Positions 50,228-61,539 of a stretch of 64,000 nt of DNA are shown here, in pieces; positions within the stretch are counted from its first letter, which is position 1, and each line of letters begins with the position of its first letter. Source of the DNA: Eledone cirrhosa (lineage: Eukaryota). Under the pieces are notes generated by a model. That model searched no databases, was not told the DNA's origin, and worked only from the letters and a program-made list of their open reading frames with translations. A program made the position numbers and the translations under genes. The stretch spans positions 117,304,001-117,368,000 of the forward strand of contig OZ024744.1 in the NCBI GenBank assembly GCA_964016885.1, written 5' to 3'.

Positions 50228-50492
50228 AATATGGTTTTATAAATATAGTTTCCATTTGTTAATATTGTATATATATATATATATATATACTAGGAAAAAG
50301 TATGACCCCGGCGGCAGAGCTCAAGCCGTTTCGACGGCTATTTCTGGAATAGCCGTCGAAACGGCTTGAGCTCTGCCTCTGGGGTGATACTTTTTCCATT
50401 ACCCACTCTACTACACTAAGTATTGAGTACTTTGGTACGTTATGGTCCATCTGGTTCCTTACCACACTTCCTTCACTATATATATATATATA

Positions 50493-53400
50493 GAGAGGAG
50501 AAATCGTAGAGATGCTAGAGCGAAAGGAAATTGATGTATGCTGTGTGCAAGAGACTAGATGGAGAGGAGAGTCTGCTAGAGTCCTTGTAGGAAAAAGTCG
50601 GTGCTACAAATTTTTCTGGGTGGGAAATGACGATGGGATGGGTGGTGTAGGTATTCTACTAGCTGACAAGTGGGTGGATAAAGTAATGTCAGTGTACAGG
50701 GTAAACGCAAGAATCATTAAACTCAGACTAGTCGTGAATAAAACAATTACCACAATAATAATAGCTTACGCACCCCAATCGGGGTTGCCAGACGAACTTA
50801 AGGATAGGTTTTACGAATCCCTAATGCACACTACTGCTCTAACAAACGACAATGACTTCCTAATCATTGCAGGAGATTTTAACGGACATGTAGGTAAACA
50901 CTTCATTAGAGTCCATGGAGGCCATGGGGTTGGCACAAGAAATGAAGAAGGATTCAGACTTCTAGAATTCTGCGACACCAATGACATGTCGATATGTAAC
51001 ACAAACTTCAAAAAACCCGACAACCACCTGATCACCTATAGATCAGGGGAGCATTCTAGTCAGATAGATTTTATCCTCATCACAGGATGTGACAGATGGA
51101 CGGTCGCAAACACAAAAGCCTTACCTAGTGAGGAATGTACCTCCCAACATAGCTTAGTTGTCAGTGACCTCTTGGTCAGAACTAGACGAACCTGGAGAAG
51201 AAAGATCTGGAAGCTGAAAGACCCCTCAGCCAGTAACAGATTTAAAGATATTTTACTCAATGCCTACAACAGTAAAGAAGAACAGATAGAGACATTCAAT
51301 GTAGAAGAGCACTGGGAGTTCCTAAAAAATAACTTACTAGCGGTGATGGATGGGATCTGTGGCTGGAGTAAGACCACAAGCAGGAGGAGAGTGACTTGGT
51401 GGTGGAACAATAAGGTAGATGAGGCAGTTAAGGCCAAGAGACAGGCATGGAAAGAATGGAAGAACGGGGGAAGCAGGGTACATTACATAGAGACCAAGAG
51501 AGAAGCTAGGCGACAAGTATACTTAGCTAGGAGGGAAGCAGAGGATAGAAAATTCAAGCATGTTTTGCAACGTGGGGATCAGAAACAGGAGGTGTTCAAG
51601 ATTGTAAGGCAGTGTGTCAGAGAGAATTGTGATGTCATTGGAGAGAAGTGTATCCGGAATGATAAAGGTGAGCTTGCTCTCACAAGTGCTAAGAAGAAAG
51701 ATGCATGGAAGAGCCATTACGATAGATTACTAAATGAGGAGAATGCATGGGAAGAAGAGACCCTACCCCAAGTAGACCCTATAGAGGGGCCAGCAGTACA
51801 AGTCAGCAGCAGCGTAGTAAGTAAGGCAATCAAAGATATGAAGATGGGGAAGGCAACCGGTCCATCAAGTATAGCTGCCGAGATGCTGAAGGCATCTGGG
51901 TCTGTAGGTCACACTATAACCACACGTATTGTTAACCAGATAATACTAGAAGGTGTCATACCAAAAGATTGGTGCAGTAGCATCATTGTCAACTGCTACA
52001 AAGGTAAAGCTTATGCACTAGATAGAGGAAACTATAGAGGTATAAAGCTGATGGACCAGGTCATGAAAGTAACAGAAAGGGTTATAGCACATTTGATTAG
52101 GGACCGGGTGAAACTAGATGAGATGCAATTTGGGTTTGTACCAGAAAGAGGCACTTGTGAGGCAGTTACAGGAAAAGTACCTAGCTAAAAGTAAGCCACT
52201 TTACCTGGCATTCGTCAATCTCGAGAAAGCCTTTGACAGAGTTCCACGTGTTATAATCTGGTGGGCTCTTAGAAAACTAGGAGTAGATGAATGGCTTGTG
52301 AAAGCTGTACAAGCCATGTATAGGGGAGCAGTCAGCAAAGTTAGGATTAGCAATGAGTATAGCGAGGAATTTAGCATACAGGTTGGTGTCCACCAGGGCT
52401 CTGTTCTTAGCCCTCTCCTGTTCATCATAGTCCTGCAGGCAATAACGGAGGAGTTTAAGACCGGATGCCCATGGGAACTCCTGTATGCAGATGACCTCGC
52501 ACTTATAGCTGAATCTATGGTAGAACTAGAGAAGAAATTCCAAACTTGGAAGCAGGGACTAGAAAGAAAGGGTCTCAAAGTCAACCTGACAAAGACTAAG
52601 GTCCTTGTAAGTAGAAGAGAAAACAGAACCCAGATCCCCTCAGGGAAATGGCCTTGCTCAGTATGTAGGAAAGGTGTAGGTATGAACTCCATTCTCTGCC
52701 CCAAATGCAAACAATGGGTACACAAGCGATGTAGCGGGATCTCAGGAAGCTTAATTAAGAATGTAGGCTTCACATGTAGCAGCTCTGCTGGGGCAGCAAA
52801 CAGCCACAGGAAACAAGTACCACCAATCTCTGGGAGGGCTCTGTAGAAACAGTAGACAGCTTCTGCTACCTAGGTGACCGAATTAGCAGCGGAGGTGAGT
52901 GTTCAGAAAGTACAATAACTAGGGTAATAATGGGATGGAAGAAGTTCAGGGAACTACTGCCACTGCTAGCTGCAAAAGGCTTTTCCCTCAAAATGAAAGG
53001 CAGACTGTATGATGCGTGTATATGAACAGCAATGTTACATGGTAGTGAGACCTGGACGCTGAAGGTGGAAGACTTATGTAGATTAGAAAGAAACAAAGCC
53101 TGCATGCTCCGATGGATGTGTAACAGTAATATACGCGAACGGCAAAGCATAAATGAATTCAGAGAGAGACTGAGCATAAGAGGAATCAAATGCTGTGTGC
53201 AGGAGAGGAGGTTACGTTGGTATGGACATGTGATGCGTATGAAGGATGACAGCTGCATAAAAAGGTGCAGAGCACTAGAAGTCAATGGAAACCGCGGAGT
53301 GGGGAGACCCAAGAAGACCTGGGATGAGGTGATAAAAGCCGACCTTACACAATTACACCTCTCAAAGGTGATGACACATGACCGTGACCTCTGGCGTCAT

Positions 53401-53695
53401 GCAGTAATACAGAGTACCCGACCTCCCATGGGTACAAGCTGAAGCATATAGACAATATGCCCCCACACCCTCCCACTGCAAAGTGGTCATGGAGGTGCCA
53501 CGGCAAAAAAGCACCCAGCACTCACTCTAAATGAGGTTGGTGTTAGGAAGGGCATACAGCTGTAGAAATCAAGCCAGAATCAGTTCCTGTATGAGCAAGG
53601 CATGGTCAGCTGGCCAGACACTGCCCACAACAGGACAACCCGTCTAACCCATGCTAGCATGGAAGAACAGGCGTAAAACGGTGATGATGATGATA
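50493..53695 (+). mobile_element. RTE LINE family C, nearly complete ORF2 but frameshifted
   Basis: CCVQETRW/AYAPQ/GDFNGHVG (APE), YADD (RT), PHD-like finger ~52650-52790, C-terminus to 53442, 3' UTR, (GAT)n; frameshifts near 52150 and 52820. Confidence 0.97.
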
Positions 53696-54249
53696 TATAC
53701 ACACACACATACATACAAGTGTGTATATGTGTGTCTATATATATTAGGGTTGCCCTGATTAAAACATTTTAATTATCAGCGATTATCTTTTTAATTATTA
53801 TTGATAGACATGATTGGTGTTAGGAAGGGCATCCAGCTGTAGAAAACTAACCAGAAACAGTTCTATATGAGTAAAACATGGTCACCTGACCTGACTTGTC
53901 TCATAACATGACAACCTGTCTAACTCATGCAAACATGGAAGGTAGACATTAAACGACGATTATATATATATATCGAACCACAACTATTATAAACACCATG
54001 CATATTTCAGGTACTTAGTGCCTGTTGGAATATCCATACCCTTTTATAATTATTCTCCTATATGTAGAGAACAAAACGTTGTATTGCGCTGCTATTTTTA
54101 GCAGCATGATCAACAAGTTTATAATATCCCGCTTTTACTTATGGCCTATTTTTGTGTGTGGGTCACTTTAATGGTCTGACCCCATGCAACGGGAAGGAAG
54201 AGATATATTATCTTACTATGAGGCTTTATACACTTATAGTACGGAAATA

Positions 54250-54329
54250 GCTGTCTGAAGATCTAATTCTTTCCATTGGAAAAACTCTGAATTTCCAATC
54301 TTATAATTAGTGAAACCGTCGGTAATGGC
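54250..54329 (+). ncRNA. Type I hammerhead motif (intact core)
   Basis: GCTGT-CTGAAGA-tctaatt..ttggaa..ttccaa..aattagt-GAAAC-CGTCG-GTA-ATGGC. Confidence 0.8.
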
Positions 54330-54402
54330 AATAGAACAGGTGAATGTTTAAATCGTTTTTTAATTTATTTAAGAGATTGTTTGATGATTACTTGTTCCGC
54401 TC

Positions 54403-54435
<33 letters not shown>

Positions 54436-54438
<3 letters not shown>

Positions 54439-55265
54439 TCATCACCGTTTAATGTCTACCTTCCATGCTAGCATGGGTTAGACAGGTTGTCCCATTTGAG
54501 GCAGGTTGGATCAGATGACTATATCTTGCTTGTATAAAAATGTTTCTGGTTAGATTTCTATAGTTGGATGCCCTTCCTAACACCAATCGCATTTACAGTG
54601 TGGACTGGGTGTGTTTTGTCATATCACCTACATGACCACTTTACAGTGTGTACTGGGTACTTTTAGTTGTGACACCTACATGACCACTTTACAGTGTGGA
54701 CTGGGTACTTTTTGTCATTACACCTACATGTCCACTTTACAGTGTGGACTGGGTACTTTTTGTTGTGACACCTACATGACCACTTTACAGTGTGTACTGG
54801 GTACTTTTGTTGTGACACCTACATGACCACTTTACAGTGTGTACTGGGTACTTTTTGTTGTGACACCTACATGACTACATTACAGTGTGTACTGGGTACT
54901 TTTTGTTGTGACACCTACATGACCACTTTACCGTGTGTACTGGGTACTTTTTGTTGTGACACCTATATGACCACTTTACAGTGTGTACTGGGTACTTTTG
55001 TTGTGACACCTACATGACCACTTTACAGTGTGTACTGGGTACTTTTTGTTGTGACACCTATATGACCACTTTACAGTGTGTACTGGGTACTTTTTGTTGT
55101 GACACCTACATGACCACTTTACAGTGTGTACTGGGTACTTTTGATGTGACACCTACATGTCCACTTTACATTGTGGAATGGGTACTTTTTGTTGTGACAC
55201 CTACATGACCACTTTACCGTGTGTACTGGGTCCTTTTTGTTGTGACACCTACATGACCACTTTAC
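54436..55265 (-). repeat. RTE 3' UTR with its 48-bp unit expanded to ~14 copies
   Basis: Unit ttacagtgtgtactgggtactttttgttgtgacacctacatgaccact follows the RTE tail at 54436-54590. Confidence 0.9.
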
Positions 55266-55340
55266 ATTTACATAAATCTATTTACACTTCGAACAGCACA
55301 CCACCTGTAACTGTTGGTACACATTTAACTAACATTATGA

Positions 55341-55522
55341 TTGGCAGTATCGGTAGAGTAGGGTCTGAAGCCACGCTTTCCAGCATAGTTACGTCCCTTT
55401 ATGGTCTGAGTTCAAATTCCGCCGAAGTTAACTTTGCCTTTCATCCTTACAGGGTCGATAAAATAAAGTACCAGTAATGTACTGGGATAATTGCTGGCTT
55501 TGTGCCAATAGTAGAAACAATT
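55341..55522 (+). mobile_element. SINE family 1
   Basis: A/B boxes, core, tail. Confidence 0.9.
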
Positions 55523-55538
55523 ATATAAGTATATAATT

Positions 55539-55872
55539 GAGGCACATGGCTTAGTGGTTAGAGCATTGGCCTTGCAATCGAAAGGTTGTGAGTTCAATTC
55601 TCAGACCGGCTGATGTGTTGTTTCCTTGAGCAAGACACTTTATTTCACATTGCTCCAGTTTACTCAGCTGTAGAAATGAGATGATAGGGACTGGGGTCCC
55701 TATCATTCCACTGCAAAGTGGTCGTGCAGGTGCCACGGCAAAAAAAGCACCCAGCACTCACTGTAAATGAGGTTGGTGTTAGGAAGGGCATCCAGCTGTA
55801 GAAATCAAGCCAAAATCAGTTCCCGTCCCACCCTTGCAAGCAGGGAAAAGCGGACGTAAAATGATGATGATG
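55539..55872 (+). mobile_element. SINE family 2, full length
   Basis: A/B boxes, core, gatagggac..gtccctatc hairpin, RTE tail. Confidence 0.95.
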
Positions 55873-56717
55873 AATGGGAAATATGTATCGTAGGAGATAG
55901 AGAGATACAGAGAGGTGCAATACAGATTACTAAATGCCGACAGCCAAAGCAAAATGTGCTGAATGCTTGGGTTAGCAGAGTTAAATATTAGAGAGGGGTT
56001 AATATTTAGTAGATTGCAAAATAGCGCTAGAGCAGTCGTCTACCATGCATGGTGGCGTAAAGCTAATGGGAAAATCTTCAACCTGCTCTAGAGGTATTTA
56101 TATTTATTGATGACATTATTTTAACAAACATTTCTCTGAGGAGCCCATGTGGGTGAAACATTATGTAAGATTTGTATAAAAACTTGTTTTAATGGCTTGT
56201 AACTCCTTCATTCACTCATTTGTATATATATATATATATGTATGTATATACTCATTAAAACAACAGTTTAAATGCTAAAAGGTTAAACTTCTGGACGTTG
56301 GCCTCTCCAAAAAGTCAACCTACCATGATGGTGTGTGTTTAAAAGGTCAAATTGCAATAAATAAGGACAGAGTAAAGTAAAAATAATAAAAATAAATGAA
56401 TAATAACAAGAATAAAAGTTATAAATATATATATAGACATGTCTAAAAAATTATGAACGTTTTAAGGTTGCAAGAATAATGAGAATTATAAGTTTAAAAC
56501 ATTTTAAAATTCAAAATTATCAAAAACTTTCAGAAGGTCCTGTTAGAAGCAGCCATCTCCATCTGATCTGGGTCTCCTGTCAGTTGGTTTTGCCTATAAA
56601 ATCTATCCAAGTGATTCTTTCCTCCTGAGACATTCTAACCACATGTCATAGTATCAGAGCTGTGATCTCTCAATTCAGAGAAGTAGCGGCTGTGATCTCT
56701 CAATTCAGAGAAGTAGT

Positions 56718-57085
56718 GACACACGACCGTGACTTCTGGCGTCACGCAGTAATACAGGGTACCCGACCTCCCATGGGTACATGCTGAAGCATATAAACAA
56801 TATGCCCCCCCCCCCACCGCAAGGTGGTCGTGGAGGTGCCACGGCAAAAAAGCACCCAGCCCACACTGTAAAGTGGACGTGTAGGCGCCACAAAAAAGCA
56901 CCCAGCACTCACTGTAAATGAGGTTGGTGTTAGGAAGGGCATCCAGCTGTAGAAATCAAGCCAGATCAGTTCCTGTATGAGCAAGGCATGGTCAGCCGAC
57001 CAGACACTGCCCACAACAGGACAACCCGTCTAACCCATGCTAGCGTGGAAGAACGGACGTAAAACGGTGATGATGATGATGATGA
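56718..57085 (+). mobile_element. RTE family C 3' end
   Basis: Matches 53372-53695. Confidence 0.9.
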
Positions 57086-57794
57086 CACTCACACATTAGG
57101 GCCATTTTCAATGCTAAAGTAGAGGTCATTGGGGGTTCCCTTTTGTGGTAGTAGTTTATGAAATCCACCCTGTATGCTGATAGGGTGCCACAACAAGAAG
57201 CACCCAGTCCATCCTGTAAGGTGGTTGTGCTGGTGACACAACAAAAAGCATCCAGTCCACCTGGTTAGGTGGTCATTTTGGTGCCACTATAAAAAGCACC
57301 CAGTCCACACTGTAACTTGGTTAATGTTAGAAAGGGCCTCCAGGTGTAGAAACCAAACCAAAATACAGATCCATATGAACATGACTTGGTCTCTCCTGAC
57401 CTGACTTGTCTCATAATGTGACAATCTGTCTAACCCCTGCTAGCATGGAAAATGTATGTGAAACGATGTTGGTGGTGAGGATGGGGTTGATGGTAATGGT
57501 GATGATGGTGATACTGATGAACAGCAGTACAATGTATCTATTTTAAATTAGATACACATGGGGAAACATTTTAAAAGTAACCATCATATGTGGTCCTCTC
57601 CAATTAAATCATGCGAAACCAGATTTATTTATTATTCTGTAAATTCTAATACACTCACACTCTATCTCGGTCTTTGAGACAACTTTGTTTAACCATCAGA
57701 TATTAAATTATGATGGTCTTGGAATTGGAAAGACTATTTGGTTTATATTGGGTCACTTTTCACTATGGAAGTGGTCATTTTTATTAATGATGTT

Positions 57795-59555
57795 ACTGTG
57801 CATACTTGAATATAGGACAACCCCCTTACTGTGCATACTTGACTATAGGACAACCCCCCTTACTGTATATACTTGACTATAGGACAACCCCCTTACTGTG
57901 TATACTTGACTATAGGACAATCCCCTTACTATATATACTTGACTATAGGACAACCCCCTTACTGTATATACTTGACTATAGGACAACCCCCCTTACTGTA
58001 TATACTTGACTATGGGACAACCCCCTTACTGTATATACATGACTATAGGACAACCCCCTTACTGTATATACTTGACTATAGGACAACCCCCTTACTGTAT
58101 ATACATGACTATAGGACAACACCCTTACTGTATATACTTGACTATAGGACAACCCCCATCACTGTATATACTTGACTATAGGACAACCCCCCCGTCACTG
58201 TATATACTTGAATATAGGACAACAACAACCCCCCCCCCCCCCGTCACTGTATATACTTGACTATAGGACAACCCCCTTACTGTATATACTTGAATATAGG
58301 ACAACCCCCTTACTGTATATACTTGAATATAGGACAACCCCCTTATTGTGTATACTTGACTATAGGACAACCCCCTTACTGTGTATACTTGAATATAAGC
58401 CAACTCCCCCTTTACTGTATATACTTGAATATAGGACAACCCCCATCACTGTATATACTTGACTATAGGACAACCCCCCGTCACTGTATATACTTGAATA
58501 TAGGACAACCCCCCCCGTCACTGTATATACTTGACTATAGGACAACCCCCTTACTGTATATACTTGAATATAGGACAACCCCCTTACTGTATATACTTGA
58601 ATATAGGGCAACCCCCTTATTGTGTATACTTGACTATAGGACAACCCCGTTACTGTGTATACTTGAATATAAGCCAACTCCCCCTTTACTGTATATACTT
58701 GAATATAGGACAACCCCTTATTGTATATACTTGAATATAGGACAACCCCCATCACTGTATATACTTGAATATAGGACAACCCCATCACTGTATATACGTG
58801 AATATAGAACAACCCCCATCAGTGTATATACTTGAATATAAGACAACCCCCTTACTGTATATACTTGAATATAGGACAACCCCCTTACTGTGTATACTTG
58901 AATATAAGCCAACTCCTCCTTTACTGTATATACTTGAATATATGACAACCCCCATCACTGTATATACTTGAATATAGGACAACCCCATCACTGTATATAG
59001 TTGAATATAGGACAACCCCCCATCAGTGTATATACTTGAATATAAGACAACCCCCTTACTGTATATACTTGAATATAGGACAACCCCCTTACTGTGTATA
59101 CTTGACTATAGGACAACCCCCTTACTGTGTAAACTTGAATATAATCCAACTCCCCCTTTACTGTATATACTTGAATATGGGACAACCCCCTTATTGTATA
59201 TACTTGAATATATGACAACCCCCATCACTGTATATACTTGAATATAGGACAACCCCCATCACTGTATATACTTGAATATAGGATAACCCCCCATCACTGT
59301 GTATACTTGAATGTAGGACAACTCCCATCAGTGTATATACTTGAATATAAGACAACCCCCATCACTGTATATACTTGAATATATATTGACCCTATTTTAT
59401 GTCTGAGAAATGGGCAATAATCCCAACCCCATTTATAAACCAAGACAGCTAATCAGCATATTATGTTTAGTTATATATAAGACTCTTGTTAACTCCCATT
59501 CTACCATCGATTATTTGGTCACATACTCCTTGCCTTATATTCAAGTATATATGCT
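57795..59555. repeat. ~33-bp minisatellite expanded from the left TIR of a small MITE (body 59365-59555)
   Basis: Unit actgtatatacttga(c/a)tataggacaaccccctt; right TIR ttatattcaagtatata at ~59535-59551. Confidence 0.85.
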
Positions 59556-59743
59556 AATTATTTTAATTAAAATGTTTTTAAAAGATGGAAGGGAGATAAT
59601 CTAACTATAATGAGATGTTCTATGGCTTTGTTGATTTAAATGTTTTTAATTTCATGAATCTATAAAATTAGCTGGCCCCGTGCCATCCAAAGTGACAGCT
59701 AATTGTAATATCTATACATTATCTCTTCCCTTCTTCTTCCATT

Positions 59744-60321
59744 CCTCTATGTCATTTATAGTTCTTTCTAATGCTGCTCCCTGTTGTCTGTATGTTTAAC
59801 CTACTAGTCCTTCCTCTCCTCTATGTCATTTATAGTTCTTTCTAATACTGCTCCCTGTTGTCAGTATGTTTAACCTACTAGTCCTTCCTCTCCTCTATGT
59901 CATTTATAGTTCTTTCTAATGCTGCTCCCTGTTGTCTGTATGTTTAACCTACTAGTCCTTCCTCTCCTCTATGTCATTTATAGTTCTTTCTAATACTGCT
60001 CCCTGTTGTCAGTATGTTTAACCTACTAGTCCTTCCTCTCCTCTATGTCATTTATAGTTCTTTCTAATACTGCTCCCTGTTGTCAGTATGTTTAACCTAC
60101 TAGTCCTTCCTCTCCTCTATGTCATTTATAGTTCTTTCTAATGATGCTCCCTGTTGTCTGTATGTTTAACCTACTAGTCCTTCCTCTCCTCTATGTCATT
60201 TATAGTTCTTTCTAATGCTGCTCCCTGTTGTCTGTATGTTTAACCTACTAGTCCTTCCTCTCCTCTATGTCATTTATAGTTCTTTCTAATGCTGCTCCCT
60301 GTTGTCAGTATGTTTAACCTA
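59744..60321. repeat. 74-bp tandem minisatellite (~7.8 copies)
   Basis: Period 74 (59747, 59821). Confidence 0.95.
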
Positions 60322-60419
60322 TTTATTATTATATTACATTTGTTGCTTTAAAAATGTATCTTACATCTATACATAAAAATATTGTCTCATTTCATTTCAT
60401 TTTATTTATTTATTTGCAG

Positions 60420-60955
60420 AATCAGCTGAACGAACAGATACTTTTGTTTCCAAAGAGGAAGAAAAATCCGACAGTCAGGTTTCTGTGAAGCAGAGAGTTC
60501 AAAAATTTGAAGTTACAAAACCTGAAGTTAAACCAGCACAGAAAGAAGAACGGGTAAAACCTTGCCCACCCCCGGTTCCGGCCAAACCGAAGTCTTTGTC
60601 ACTTAAAATATCCTCAGATATTCCTGCTGATAAAAAGAATAGTTTGCGGGGTCAACGGCAGACATCTTTGGAGGAGTGTGGTGAAAAACATGTCTTGACT
60701 GACTTTGTTGAACCAAACAGTGACTCTGGGGTTTCACTTGAATCAAATATTAGTCCATCAATTCACCGAAAATTAAATCGTAGCCAATACCAGTTTCCTT
60801 CAAAACCAAAAGCTATAGCAACCTGTGATCGTAGTATGGGGCAGGCAAGTGGAGATACTCAACCAACATCTTGGGATGGAGGTCCAGAAAACCAACAGTC
60901 ATCTTATCCTAGTTCATCTACAGAATCTCGTTATTATCCTTCAAAGCAATCTATG
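60420..60955 (+). CDS. Internal exon of an unidentified host gene; low-complexity S/P/E/K-rich, probably disordered scaffold-type segment
   Basis: Polypyrimidine-rich acceptor ...tatttgcAG at 60418-60419; 536-bp open frame SAERTDTFVSKEEEKSDSQVSVKQRVQKFE...PPPVPAKPK...KQSM; donor GTAATT at 60956; non-repetitive sequence. Confidence 0.75.
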
Positions 60956-61029
60956 GTAATTACAGTTTTATTTTTCATTTATATATTTATATACCCACAT
61001 ATTCATATCCAATGTATTACATATATAAT

Positions 61030-61335
61030 AATATATATACTTGAATATAAGCCAAATACCCCCTATACATATATATATATACATACACTTGAATATAAGC
61101 CAAACATCCCCTATACATATATATATATATATACATGTACTCGAATATAAGCCAAACATCCCCTGTTTTATGTCTGAGAAATGGGCAAAAATCTCAACCC
61201 CGTTTATAAACAGAGACAGCTAGTCAACATATTATGTTTAGATGATGTATACAAGACGCCCCCGCCCCACCTCCCATTTTAACATTAATTATTTGGTTAC
61301 ATATTCCTCAGCTTATATTCAAGTATATATGGTAA
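61030..61335. mobile_element. Second copy of the same MITE, with the left TIR repeated three times
   Basis: ttttatgtctgagaaatgggcaa...ttatattcaagtatatatgg matches 59395-59553. Confidence 0.8.
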
Positions 61336-61539
61336 TTAATTTTTTTAATTAAAATTATTTTGCATGTTCAAAAATCTCCATGTACAAAAAATGTCTTAAA
61401 TTTAAATACTTGCTCCGTGTTTTGATATGAAGTTTGAAATTGGGAAACTTTGTTTTTTCTGACATTTTCCAGAAGATATGCGAGTTGTAGGTATTATGTA
61501 TGGTTTTAATAATTGAGAATTAATTATTCCCAAGTATAT

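Noticed and set aside
60956-61150. C-terminal extension of the 60485 ORF (VITVLFFIYIFIY...)
   Set aside because: It lies beyond the GT donor and runs into AT-rich intron and MITE repeats.
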